Source of the DNA: a virus
Lineage: Duplodnaviria > Heunggongvirae > Uroviricota > Caudoviricetes
DNA: 64,000 nt
IMG/VR virus record: IMGVR_UViG_3300017650_000002
Reading direction: 5' to 3' (one strand)
The notes beneath the pieces are model-generated. The model had not been told where the DNA came from, did not search any database, and saw only the letters and a program-made list of their open reading frames with translations. Of the stretch, positions 16,813 to 26,132 are shown in pieces; the stretch's first letter is position 1, and each line of letters starts with the position of its first letter. The position numbers and the translations under genes are program-made.

Positions 16813-17355
16813 CTACTCCCTTAAATACTCGATTGCTGATTCCAGGAATTTTATGGAATCTTTAAAATGCCCCAAGCCTATGTTGCAACTTTGACATAAG
16901 AGACCCCTTACCTTTTTCGTATCGTGGCAGTGGTCCACATGAAAATCTCCCTTTCCGCCTGGATTGTCTGTACGACATATAGCACACAAACCAAGCTGTG
17001 ATTTTAAAAGGTCGTCGTATTTCTCTAAGGAAATTCCATACGTCCTTTTCATATAGTGGCCTCTTGACTTCCTTCGCTCCGCTAGTTTTCTCTCTTCACT
17101 CCAAGACTCCCTCCTAGCTCTAGCTTTCTCAGTTTTTAGGATGTTGTAGTTAGGGTTATCTTTAGTATACTGAGACTGTCGAGAAGACCAGCAGCTTGTA
17201 CAAATCAGCCTCCTTGTCCTTACCAGATACTCACTCCTATTGTCTGTTGACAATAGTATTCCACAATCGGAACAGTCCCTACTCTTTCCAGACCTCCTGA
17301 CACGTCCTGCTCTATGCCCATTAGAAGCGTTTGCCACCTGGCTTCTTCCTTTCAT
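16813..17355 (-). CDS. recombination endonuclease VII (T4 gp49 family, His-Me finger)
   Basis: CxxC ... HVDHCH ... GLLCQSCN zinc/His-Me motifs typical of Endo VII. Confidence 0.6.
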   Translation of the reverse strand: MKGRSQVANASNGHRAGRVRRSGKSRDCSDCGILLSTDNRSEYLVRTRRLICTSCWSSRQSQYTKDNPNYNILKTEKARARRESWSEERKLAERRKSRGHYMKRTYGISLEKYDDLLKSQLGLCAICRTDNPGGKGDFHVDHCHDTKKVRGLLCQSCNIGLGHFKDSIKFLESAIEYLRE

Positions 17356-17746
17356 CTGGACGATGATCAGTTCTTCGTTCGTTATACTTCATTTTATCCA
17401 CAAGGATCTTACCTGGGTCGATGCTGCTATCGTCATCCTGATAACGGCCAAGTGTATCACCGCTCCGAACCAGAACATCGATAAGTTCTGTCAATACACC
17501 CTTATATTGAGGTAGATGGTTGTCATTTGAATCCACACGAATAGCCTCTTGTGCCTCAAACACCTCATTAGCGATCAGTGTGACCTTTGTGTTTTGCTTG
17601 TGAACATCACTCCAATCATAACCATCCCACCAGCCACTCTCCAGTGCTGCCCTGTGTGTAAAGTACACAAGCGTATTTACAGCCTCACGAAGATCCTCAT
17701 AATCAAATTCGTCCATAAAGAACTTACCGTTCCCATCAATTGCCAT
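17321..17746 (-). CDS. MazG-like nucleoside triphosphate pyrophosphohydrolase (putative)
   Basis: All-alpha NTP-PPase-like pattern TLIANEVFEAQEAIR ... LTELIDVLV; start trimmed to MAIDG. Confidence 0.4.
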   Translation of the reverse strand: MAIDGNGKFFMDEFDYEDLREAVNTLVYFTHRAALESGWWDGYDWSDVHKQNTKVTLIANEVFEAQEAIRVDSNDNHLPQYKGVLTELIDVLVRSGDTLGRYQDDDSSIDPGKILVDKMKYNERRTDHRPDERKKPGGKRF

Positions 17747-18170
17747 ACATTTTCCTCCAAAATTTTTCAACAACTTCTTTTCCAACAGACATCTTACCAC
17801 GAATCAGATCCCTTCGGATGCATTCTTCAAGAGAGACTTGCATATAAATAGTATGCACCTTGTATCCCAAGCTTTCCAACTTACCAATCAGACTTGATGT
17901 CTTATTAGGGTCGCAGTAGGAAGCATCAGTAAAGATTAAATCATAACCCATCTTGACACACTCGTCAAAGTACTTCTTCCACAAGGACGTGACCATCTTT
18001 TCGTCCTTACTGTTATGGCTCCAAGTAGCCCAAGAGCCCCCTGGTTGAACAACTCCAAACCTAAAATTGTCTCGATTGATTTCTCGGACGGATTTGTACT
18101 CATTCATCACTTCTCGGGCATAAGTGGACTTACCACTGCCAGGAGGTCCAACAACAATCACAGCATCCAT
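17736..18170 (-). CDS. polynucleotide 5'-kinase-like P-loop kinase (T4 Pnk kinase-domain-like, no phosphatase domain)
   Basis: VVGPPGSGKSTYAREV ... INRDNFR matches T4 Pnk GCPGSGKSTWARE ... INRDDYR. Confidence 0.55.
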   Translation of the reverse strand: MDAVIVVGPPGSGKSTYAREVMNEYKSVREINRDNFRFGVVQPGGSWATWSHNSKDEKMVTSLWKKYFDECVKMGYDLIFTDASYCDPNKTSSLIGKLESLGYKVHTIYMQVSLEECIRRDLIRGKMSVGKEVVEKFWRKMYGN

Positions 18171-18355
18171 CACTCCTCCCACCCAAAATGATATTTCCAA
18201 CCTTGTGTTCCAAAGTAGTCATCTTGATCAGTCTCATCAAGCATAACTAGCAGTGCAAGGATCAAATGTCTAAACTCTTCACCTTTTGACCCATACTCAG
18301 ATGAAATCTTTCCAGTAAACATCAAAAATTCAGTGTAGTTCATATTATACCTCAA
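18170..18355 (-). CDS. hypothetical protein (61 aa)
   Basis: Small ORF. Confidence 0.3.
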   Translation of the reverse strand: MRYNMNYTEFLMFTGKISSEYGSKGEEFRHLILALLVMLDETDQDDYFGTQGWKYHFGWEE

Positions 18356-18392
18356 TTAATGGTTTCAGTGTCAACAACTTCACAGATATTTT

Positions 18393-18854
18393 TCAATCTT
18401 TCCTCACCTTTCCGTAAAACTTAAGTTCAGCAGATTCCCTGGCCGAAACAGCACAGTCAAAACTTTCAAACAACCCTAGGTGATGTTGCCTACCTTTGTA
18501 TGTTATTGAAGCTGCCCATTTACTAGCTCCTTTGTGCCAGTATACACCTGTTCTACCACTTGTGTTCTTATCTGACTTTCTTTTATTATAAAGTTGATCA
18601 GTTTGGTTAGACCATTTGCAATTCTCTTTGCAATAGTCACCATCCACGTCAACCCTATCTAAAGACATACCCTCTGGCCGATCTCCCATATCGTTGTGGA
18701 AATTTATAAAATCTCTCCATTCTTCACAAACTTTTATACCACGTCCACCATATCTGAAATATCCATCAAAGTTGGGATTGGTGCATCTCTGTATCATCAT
18801 TTCCCAACTTTTATAGGATGGTGTATCCGTTTTGAGATGTCTTACCCAACTCAA
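18393..18854 (-). CDS. homing-endonuclease-like protein (HNH_3-like N-domain + AP2 DNA-binding domain)
   Basis: YKSWEMMIQRCTNP...YGGRGIKVCEEW...RVDVDGDYCKENCKW plus AP2-like GRTGVYWHKGASKWAASITYKGRQHHLGLFESFDCAVSA; three paralogs in the window. Confidence 0.55.
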   Translation of the reverse strand: MSWVRHLKTDTPSYKSWEMMIQRCTNPNFDGYFRYGGRGIKVCEEWRDFINFHNDMGDRPEGMSLDRVDVDGDYCKENCKWSNQTDQLYNKRKSDKNTSGRTGVYWHKGASKWAASITYKGRQHHLGLFESFDCAVSARESAELKFYGKVRKD

Positions 18855-20158
18855 GATATAGTCTCCGTATCTATAGTTTCACAAATACCTTCAAGCACTT
18901 TGAAGGCGTAGCTCTTATTCTTCAAGAACCTAGTCTTTCCGTCATGCTCAATACGGATGATAATACCTTCCGAAATTTGAGTAGGGTTGATTAGGTCTTC
19001 AGTTAGAGAAGCTGGTCGTTCAGTTAGATTGTGCACCAAAGTGGTCAGAAAGTCTTGATCACCATTGTACACAATTTTATTAAAAACTTCCAGAGGACCA
19101 AGCAATCCACGTTGATTACACCAAGCATCCAACTCTTGTTGAGACATTTCCACAGTCTCTCCACCAACCGTCAGGCGAGTGATACGGTAAATATGGAAAC
19201 GATATTCATGCTCCTTACAACCATAGCTATAAGTCACAGTGTTTCCATACTTCTTAGTATACTCCTTATCCTTTAGGGCTGAAACATCGTGGTCAGGCAT
19301 AATAGGCTTCCCATTAGCATACCCAGCAATCTCACCATAAATGGTCATACCATATTCCATATGAGGCTTTAGAGATTCCAAAACTTCAAAACGGAAAGCT
19401 TCTGATCCATGATATCCTTCCTTGTTTGCATCACCAAGAATTACGTTTCGAGTACCTACAACATAGCTCTTCTTAGTTTCTGGAAAGATTGGAACAATTT
19501 TATTTACAAGCTTCTGGAATGCGTTAAGTTGTACAACCTCCGGCAGATAACCAACACGGAAAGAAGTGCCATGAACCTTGTGGTGGAATGACAGAATTGC
19601 ACCTTCAGGGATGGTCTGAACATAATGCTTAAATTGCTCTGAGTCCACATGCTTTGCAAAATCAGGAAACAGGTTAGCTTTACGAGATTTGTTCTGTCCA
19701 TTTGCAGCAGCAATCTGTTTCTTTGCAGCTTCTGAAATGTATTTCTGGCAAATCAGCTTCCCATTAAGTTCGGTAAACTGGTAACCAATGTCAAGCACAA
19801 AGCTTCCGACATATCCAATAGAATCAATCGACGAAAAGAATCCAGTTGACTTTACACCAAGAAATGGTTGTGCCCGGACACGACGTGAAGGTTCAAAGAA
19901 ACCCTTCTTAGTATTGTCCTTGTTGTCTTGTGAAGACCGGAACAAGTTATTCTCGCGGCAAAACTCCTCAGACAGCTGTAGGTCAACAGGAAATAGAATG
20001 CCGATATAACCAACACCCCAGTCCTTGCTTACAACAACTTGCTCACCCAGAACAGTGGCCAGATGGATACTATCTGCGGGATTCATTTCTCCAGTAGTCT
20101 TGTCCTTTACCATAATTGGGCTAACTGCGTCAATCTTTGCTACGATTGCTTGATGCAT
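18851..20158 (-). CDS. RNA ligase, Rnl2-like nucleotidyltransferase with N-terminal extension
   Basis: Motif I HHKVHGTSFRVG (cf. T4 Rnl2 EKIHGTNFSL), later EGIIIRIEHDGKTRFLKNKSYAFK (motif IV/V). Confidence 0.5.
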   Translation of the reverse strand: MHQAIVAKIDAVSPIMVKDKTTGEMNPADSIHLATVLGEQVVVSKDWGVGYIGILFPVDLQLSEEFCRENNLFRSSQDNKDNTKKGFFEPSRRVRAQPFLGVKSTGFFSSIDSIGYVGSFVLDIGYQFTELNGKLICQKYISEAAKKQIAAANGQNKSRKANLFPDFAKHVDSEQFKHYVQTIPEGAILSFHHKVHGTSFRVGYLPEVVQLNAFQKLVNKIVPIFPETKKSYVVGTRNVILGDANKEGYHGSEAFRFEVLESLKPHMEYGMTIYGEIAGYANGKPIMPDHDVSALKDKEYTKKYGNTVTYSYGCKEHEYRFHIYRITRLTVGGETVEMSQQELDAWCNQRGLLGPLEVFNKIVYNGDQDFLTTLVHNLTERPASLTEDLINPTQISEGIIIRIEHDGKTRFLKNKSYAFKVLEGICETIDTETIS

Positions 20159-20160
20159 AG

Positions 20161-20490
20161 TTATTTCCTCCAGTCCACAAGATCATCAAAATGTTTCTTC
20201 CTTTCGTCCCTGTTTTCTTCACTCATGATGCTTTCTGTTGGGACGATTGGCTTAACTTGTTCGTATTTAACCACAGGGTTACTGCCTCTGTCAACTGTTC
20301 TAAATGTAAGTCTTTGATACTGACCTACCCCTGAAAATACTAACGAGAAAGCAACTACAGTAATAAGTCCAAACTGTTCCGCGATGTGATTGAATTTACC
20401 AGTCTTCTTACACAGCCACAAGATAGCCATCAGAACTGCAAAGGGGGCAATTGCACCGACTAAGGTGTTGATAATGAAAGCTTCCAACAT
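20161..20490 (-). CDS. small membrane protein (109 aa, 2 TM + charged C-tail), possible NfeD-like partner of the SPFH protein
   Basis: Hydrophobic N-half; immediately downstream of the SPFH lipoprotein gene. Confidence 0.45.
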   Translation of the reverse strand: MLEAFIINTLVGAIAPFAVLMAILWLCKKTGKFNHIAEQFGLITVVAFSLVFSGVGQYQRLTFRTVDRGSNPVVKYEQVKPIVPTESIMSEENRDERKKHFDDLVDWRK

Positions 20491-20500
20491 CTATTTCTCC

Positions 20501-20532
20501 AAAAGAAAAGGGGCCGAAGCCCCTTGTTTTAT
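20501..20532. terminator. bidirectional intrinsic terminator AAAAGAAAA-GGGGC-CGAA-GCCCC-TTGTTTTAT
   Basis: Read directly. Confidence 0.6.
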
Positions 20533-21416
20533 CGTACTTGCATCTGACCTGCGATGGTGTCCAGCATCTTCATGGGCAAGAAGACCTTGTTGTCGCTTTC
20601 AGCGACCTTCTTCATGATTTCAAGTTCTTGATACTTGACGTATTGAGGGGTAATTGATTCACCCAAAATACGATTCACCTGTGCATCAGCTTCAGCCTTT
20701 TCAACGTCAACCTTACGCTGCATTCGAGTTTCCTGTAGGGTACGTTCCAGCTGAGTCTTGGATAGTTCAAGCTGAGCTTGCTCCGTACGAATCATCTCTG
20801 CACGCTTTGCTGCATTCTCCTGTGACTCCACAATAATCTTTGGATACTGTAGGTTAGACAGGCCAATGAACCGGACAGAGAATGGCGTCTTCTCTTGGAT
20901 GCTCTTTGCCAACTTAGCTGACAATTGCTGGTTTACAGACTCTAGATTTGACGCAATATCATTAATCTGATATTGAGACAGGAATTCTCGTGCCTCAGCC
21001 AAAATAATTTGCTTCGCATAAGTCTTGTAAATGGTTGAGGTTGGAATCCAACGTAGGCCATTCTCATGCTGAGGAGTGATACGAGCATACATCTCATCGT
21101 ACTTGTCCTCTCGCAGGGTTAGAGTGGCTTGCAGTGAGAAGGTCATGTTCAGACGATCCTTTGGCATGAATAGGGTCATCTCTTCTGTCACAGCCGAATC
21201 TGCTACGGACAATAGAACAACTTCCTCACAAACCTGACCAGGGAATCCACAAAAATCTAGTCGGAACTTAGAAGTTTGCTTGAAACCATCCTCATACCCA
21301 TGCTTGGTCATGATCTTGCCAACGTATGCGCTTGGGATTTCTACTTGCTTACCGCAAGCAGCCAAACCAACAGCCATAGCAGCTACGGCCAGGAACTTAA
21401 AAACACGTTTAAACAT
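20529..21416 (-). CDS. SPFH (band-7/prohibitin/HflC-like) domain lipoprotein
   Basis: Signal peptide with lipobox LAAC; coiled SPFH-like core (RTEQAQLELSKTQLERTLQETRMQRKVDVEKAEADAQVNRILGESI). Confidence 0.55.
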   Translation of the reverse strand: MFKRVFKFLAVAAMAVGLAACGKQVEIPSAYVGKIMTKHGYEDGFKQTSKFRLDFCGFPGQVCEEVVLLSVADSAVTEEMTLFMPKDRLNMTFSLQATLTLREDKYDEMYARITPQHENGLRWIPTSTIYKTYAKQIILAEAREFLSQYQINDIASNLESVNQQLSAKLAKSIQEKTPFSVRFIGLSNLQYPKIIVESQENAAKRAEMIRTEQAQLELSKTQLERTLQETRMQRKVDVEKAEADAQVNRILGESITPQYVKYQELEIMKKVAESDNKVFLPMKMLDTIAGQMQVR

Positions 21417-21460
21417 TAATTTCTCTCCTTCTGTTAAAAGACTATAAACCTACAGACAAC

Positions 21461-21724
21461 CTATTCTGTATCTTTATATAAATTCAAATTGGACTTGAGC
21501 CAGATAAGGTCTGTGCACTCAACAAAAGTTTCAATATCAACTGCATGAAACCTACGTCCCGCTAGACGTTCAAAAATTTCATCTCTGCCAATAAACATAA
21601 CCTGATGAGATTTCAAGTCTACAACACTCTCCACAAGCCTAAAAACTCCATTGTTTAGCTTGGCGTAGTCTCCCGCTCTAGACCTTGCAACATGTCTGTT
21701 TTCGTAAATCTTAACGACTAACAT
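21461..21724 (-). CDS. hypothetical protein (87 aa)
   Basis: ORF on the - arm. Confidence 0.4.
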   Translation of the reverse strand: MLVVKIYENRHVARSRAGDYAKLNNGVFRLVESVVDLKSHQVMFIGRDEIFERLAGRRFHAVDIETFVECTDLIWLKSNLNLYKDTE

Positions 21725-21824
21725 TTAGTCCTCCTGATCGTGATGCGTCATCATACCACGACTACTTACAAAAGACAATACTTCGTCTAAGTGCCATGGC
21801 TCCATCTTGTCATCCATTCTGGCG

Positions 21825-22370
21825 TCAATCTTTATGATATTTGCCATAAGATTCACCAAGGTTTTCTAGTTTATCTATTAAACTATCCCTAAAAATTGAA
21901 GCCATTTTAAATGCCTCTGATTCCCCATATTTTTCTATGGAGAACCACTTTGTGGTTCTTCCACCACTCGGGGATTTAGCAGAAGCTACGTAGTGAGTTA
22001 GCACACCATTAGTCCTCCCTAAATGCACCCCAACCTTTCCAGTGGAATTATCTTTCCTCTTTCTGGTATTTCTACTTTGGGCTTCCTTCAAGATCCAGCA
22101 ACAGTTGCCTTTACAGTAGTCGTCATCTACGTTAATCCTCTCAAGAGTTGCACCTTCAAAGTATTCTGCACCCATCTGCTCTAAAAATCCTTGGAATTTT
22201 TCCCACTTTGGGTCATAGGATATACCTCTCCCTCCATAGTTACAGTAGTACTTACTGTTTTTGTTGTTGCATCTCTTCTTCATATCGGCCCAGCTTTCGT
22301 AGATCTTACTACCTCTGAGTCCGTGCCTAAAGTTTGGGTTATTTGACCCATTTTGATTTAAATTTGTCAT
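21825..22370 (-). CDS. homing-endonuclease-like protein (HNH_3-like + AP2 domain), paralog of 18393 and 31383
   Basis: IYESWADMKKRCNN...YGGRGI...ERINVDDDYCKGNCCW and C-terminal AP2-like segment. Confidence 0.5.
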   Translation of the reverse strand: MTNLNQNGSNNPNFRHGLRGSKIYESWADMKKRCNNKNSKYYCNYGGRGISYDPKWEKFQGFLEQMGAEYFEGATLERINVDDDYCKGNCCWILKEAQSRNTRKRKDNSTGKVGVHLGRTNGVLTHYVASAKSPSGGRTTKWFSIEKYGESEAFKMASIFRDSLIDKLENLGESYGKYHKD

Positions 22371-22373
22371 ACT

Positions 22374-22940
22374 CTACCTATGATGGTCCCTCTCTACGAA
22401 ACTTCTGGTCTTCATATATTCTTCAATCTCCTCTAGGCTAAATGGTAGCATATGATTGTCTTTTCTGTTATCAATACCACAGTCAAAAATTTTTCCGCCA
22501 AGGTCAATTAACGACCCGTGGCAGTGTCCGTGTAGCATCCAACTTCCTTTGTCCATCCTATTCCAAGATAGCAGGGGAAAATGGCACATAATAATCTCTT
22601 GTTTGATGCCATTGCTAAGAGTTACTGAGATTTGCTTTAAATCTGAGATTGATTGGAAGACTTCTTTATGGTGTTGTTTTCTAAGTTGTGTGTGATTCCC
22701 CTTAATTAAATGTTTCTGACCATTAAGTCTGCTTATGTTGCTATAACCAACTTCTCTATCACCTAAACATTCGTCCCCAAGGATATATACTACATCGCCC
22801 TTACTAACAACTGTGTTCCAAGCTTCTATCAGAAGCTCGTCATGTTCTTGAATAGTTTCTCCACTACGGGTTTCTCTGCAAAATTCTAAAAGTCTTGCGT
22901 GCCCTAGGTGTAGATCCGATGAAAACCAAGTATTACTCAT
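22374..22940 (-). CDS. calcineurin-like metallophosphoesterase (Ser/Thr or nucleic-acid phosphatase)
   Basis: WFSSDLHLGH, GDxxxxG, GNH and GHxH motifs; start trimmed to MSNTWF. Confidence 0.6.
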   Translation of the reverse strand: MSNTWFSSDLHLGHARLLEFCRETRSGETIQEHDELLIEAWNTVVSKGDVVYILGDECLGDREVGYSNISRLNGQKHLIKGNHTQLRKQHHKEVFQSISDLKQISVTLSNGIKQEIIMCHFPLLSWNRMDKGSWMLHGHCHGSLIDLGGKIFDCGIDNRKDNHMLPFSLEEIEEYMKTRSFVERDHHR

Positions 22941-23096
22941 TATACCTCCAAAAGAATTGCATCCTCCAGTACCTGAAGTGCCCACACGGGGTCCTCAAAT
23001 ACACCCCCAGTACTCACTAACAGTTTAAATGAGTCAACATCATAACCCTTTTCTCTTAGGGCGTCAACCACCTCCAGAAGGTCTTTTACCTTAAGC

Positions 23097-24782
23097 TCAC
23101 GCATAATTTCCTCCAAAAGCAGAAAGAAGTCTCAAACTTCCGTCGACATTGTGTGAATTCTCATACTCATCGTCAAATGGTGACATTAGGTCCATTTGTT
23201 CTTGTGCTGCCACGGCATGGTCTGAAGAGTTTAACAGATCACTGACAACATTTGATTCAAACCCAGGCTCCAAATGAAAGATATTAACATTTGACAGAGT
23301 ATATCCTTTGACCCCAATAATTGGGGAATTAATCTTCAAACTCTTCTTGGCACGAGTAGCGGCGACATACAACAGATTCTGTTCTTGCCCCACAAAGCCA
23401 GCCCAGTTTCCACGCTCATCAGTCTCATGTGGTAGGAAGTCCTCAGCAAGTTCCACATTATCAAACTCAAGGCCCTTAGATCCATGGGCTGTAATCAACC
23501 TTACATCAGGATTCTTAGATGGACGATATCCTTCCAAGGCGTTCATGATTTCGTCGTAACGGCCATCCTTGATAAACTTCACCACACGTTTAAGCTCCTG
23601 ATCAGAGCTTGCATCAACTTCAGACAGAAGCTCGGACCAGTTCACATAGGGAACCAAGGACTGATGCTTCACACTCTTCATGTCTCCACGGCTTAAGGCC
23701 AGGGTAGAAGACATCATGGCCTTGAAGTCAGACACGTCAATCGACATGTTAACATTCTTACCTTCCAAGATCAAAGTCAGTGCCGTTTCAATAAGCAAAG
23801 CATTTGTCCTGAAAATAATAGTGTACGGGCTTCCGTCTATCTTGTCAACAATCTTTGTGGAGATGTCTTCATTTCCAAAGAACTTGAGTGTGCGATTGCC
23901 AGAACTATCCAAAAGGATATCCTTTGCAACCTCAGCAATTTCTTGCCCAAATCGGAAAGACTTTGACAAAGAATACTCAGGCCAGTCACAAATCTGCATC
24001 GCGTTTAAACTGCCACGCCACCCATAAATACTCTGATGGTCGTCACCAACACCAACAACCTTACCTTTGTGATTCAGAATAACATCCAGTAGGCACCCAT
24101 TCATATCCTGAAACTCATCCACATAGACAATCTCGTACTGGTCAAAGTTTGGCTTCGATAGCTGCCAAAGCTTGAGATAGGTGTCATGAGTGATTTTGAT
24201 ATCACTCTTTGGATCCTTTCTTAGGTCCCAAAGCTGTCGAGCATACTTCAGGACACGCTGTGCGTACGTCTTTCGGTCAAAACTGTCAAGCTTAAGGACT
24301 TTTTCAGCTTCTCGGAAGGAGACATGCTTCTCCTTAATCTCCATATCGCCAGAATACTCAAAATTTGACACGGTAGATAGAATGGCATAACCCATGGCAG
24401 CGGATGTCACGCTACGTGAGTCGGTAACGACGAACGGAGCCACCTTGAAGTAACGAGCCACCTCAGACCCAGTACCGCAAACGTTATTGTACTTACCACC
24501 AACACCAGGAATACGAACAAGCTTGTGCTTGATGCTATCCGCATGGCTACGATAGGCATAGCTGTGTGCAGTCCTAACCTCTACGTGGGCAGGAAACTTA
24601 CTACGTGCCTCGTCTGCCATATGCTTGTTGTACGCAATGTACAAGCTTGGAACCTTGTAGGCATTTGCAGCAAGAGTTAGTGTAGTAGTTTTTGCAGCAC
24701 CAGCACGGGCTGAAACCTTAACCTTTTGAGTTGATCCGATGGCTTCAACGATTTCAACCTGCTCTTGTGTTGGGGTAAACAA
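23097..24782 (-). CDS. UvrD/Rep-family SF1 DNA helicase
   Basis: Walker A ARAGAAKTTTL, motif II VYVDEFQD, motif VI TAHGSKGLEFDNV. Confidence 0.65.
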   Translation of the reverse strand: MFTPTQEQVEIVEAIGSTQKVKVSARAGAAKTTTLTLAANAYKVPSLYIAYNKHMADEARSKFPAHVEVRTAHSYAYRSHADSIKHKLVRIPGVGGKYNNVCGTGSEVARYFKVAPFVVTDSRSVTSAAMGYAILSTVSNFEYSGDMEIKEKHVSFREAEKVLKLDSFDRKTYAQRVLKYARQLWDLRKDPKSDIKITHDTYLKLWQLSKPNFDQYEIVYVDEFQDMNGCLLDVILNHKGKVVGVGDDHQSIYGWRGSLNAMQICDWPEYSLSKSFRFGQEIAEVAKDILLDSSGNRTLKFFGNEDISTKIVDKIDGSPYTIIFRTNALLIETALTLILEGKNVNMSIDVSDFKAMMSSTLALSRGDMKSVKHQSLVPYVNWSELLSEVDASSDQELKRVVKFIKDGRYDEIMNALEGYRPSKNPDVRLITAHGSKGLEFDNVELAEDFLPHETDERGNWAGFVGQEQNLLYVAATRAKKSLKINSPIIGVKGYTLSNVNIFHLEPGFESNVVSDLLNSSDHAVAAQEQMDLMSPFDDEYENSHNVDGSLRLLSAFGGNYA

Positions 24783-24792
24783 TTATCTCTCC

Positions 24793-24984
24793 TTAAAAGT
24801 CTGGGTATTCGGTCGATTCGGATACAACTTCGTCCCTAAGCATCAGCTTTATTTTCACGAAGCTTGTATCGTAGTATGCATATGCTTTGTGGAATTCTAG
24901 TTGTACAGAAAGATTTTCTCGAATAAAATCTTCGATCAAATCTCTAACTTCATTCTCAAGATCATGTCCTAGACTTTCCATCAC
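24793..24984 (-). CDS. hypothetical protein (63 aa)
   Basis: Small acidic ORF. Confidence 0.35.
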   Translation of the reverse strand: MMESLGHDLENEVRDLIEDFIRENLSVQLEFHKAYAYYDTSFVKIKLMLRDEVVSESTEYPDF

Positions 24985-25550
24985 CCCTCCTTGTAAAATA
25001 TGTGACCGCCGATGATTTTAACCACTTCCAAGTCTTTTGTCCACTTTGGAGGCTTTATCCTGTCTGAATGATACCACTTAGCCCCTGGCACAGGATTTTC
25101 AGAAATCCCGAAAACAGCATCATACGCCTCTTTATAAGCTAAGTCAAAGTCTTTCTTCGTAGGCTCTGACTGTTTGTGCTTATCCTGTCGGTAGGAAAAT
25201 TGGTACTTCTGTTCAACCACTCCACGGATAGTATTCGGCCAGCCCTTGTCCTTAACCCGTTCAAGGATTACATAAGCCACGGCACGCATCCCAATAGGTC
25301 CCTCCCCACGAGCTTCATACACTAAAGCTTCAGCAAGCCCTCCACACCACCGATGCTCGAACACACAGTTATGATAAGGAGGGTCTAAATTCAGTATGGA
25401 GCCTAGCTTCTGTGGATTTATCTGAAATACCTTGACATCTGAGTCTTTAACCCTCCAATCTGTGTAAGGAGTCCAGAAAGAAAATACAACAATCAGTGTT
25501 ATGAGTATTACAGCAGTGTAAGCTCCAAGCTTATCAATCAATTTTCTCAA
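24981..25550 (-). CDS. SleB-like cell-wall hydrolase with N-terminal membrane anchor
   Basis: Hydrolase_2-like core LAEALVYEARGEGPIGMRAVAYVILERV preceded by a TM helix. Confidence 0.5.
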   Translation of the reverse strand: MRKLIDKLGAYTAVILITLIVVFSFWTPYTDWRVKDSDVKVFQINPQKLGSILNLDPPYHNCVFEHRWCGGLAEALVYEARGEGPIGMRAVAYVILERVKDKGWPNTIRGVVEQKYQFSYRQDKHKQSEPTKKDFDLAYKEAYDAVFGISENPVPGAKWYHSDRIKPPKWTKDLEVVKIIGGHIFYKEG

Positions 25551-25944
25551 TCTCTACTCCTTTTGATTGCAGATAGTCTAAGCCATCTGTTTTTCTGTAA
25601 GAATAGCGATAGTACACCTTTTCGATATCGAAATCAACTAATTTTTTTGCACACTCTAGACATGGGGCGTGAGACACATACATCTCTGGATGCACGATGT
25701 AGAAGTCTGCATAGGCAAGCTTGTCAAGGGCGGCAATCTCTGCATGACGTACTGTCGGAAGGGTTGTATTGAACACAGACTCACAAACCTCTGTAGGCCA
25801 TCCTGGGGGCTGTCCATTACATCCCTGCGCTATGATATGACCACCATCGACAATCATGGCCCCAACCTTCAGCCTCTTAGCTTCGCTTGTCTGCCCGAAC
25901 CGTTCAGCCATGTCCATAAAAGCTTCAACGTATTTACGCTTCAT
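25534..25944 (-). CDS. dCMP deaminase
   Basis: HAEIAAL ... PCLECAK zinc motif and overall dCMP-deaminase length/pattern; start trimmed to MKRKYVEAF. Confidence 0.6.
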   Translation of the reverse strand: MKRKYVEAFMDMAERFGQTSEAKRLKVGAMIVDGGHIIAQGCNGQPPGWPTEVCESVFNTTLPTVRHAEIAALDKLAYADFYIVHPEMYVSHAPCLECAKKLVDFDIEKVYYRYSYRKTDGLDYLQSKGVEIEKID

Positions 25945-26132
25945 TTCCACCTCCAAACAACCCACACATACAAACCAAACTTCATAGGCTTTCCGGTAGA
26001 TGGGTCAAGTACGTGTAGATAGCCATTTTCCATCCTTCCGAAGTAGGACTTCTTTGCACAGATACTGTCCAGGCAAGTATCTGTATCCACAGGTAGACCC
26101 TTTGGCTTGATCTTCATTTTTCGCATTTTCAC
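25941..26132 (-). CDS. hypothetical protein (63 aa)
   Basis: Small ORF. Confidence 0.3.
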   Translation of the reverse strand: MKMRKMKIKPKGLPVDTDTCLDSICAKKSYFGRMENGYLHVLDPSTGKPMKFGLYVWVVWRWK

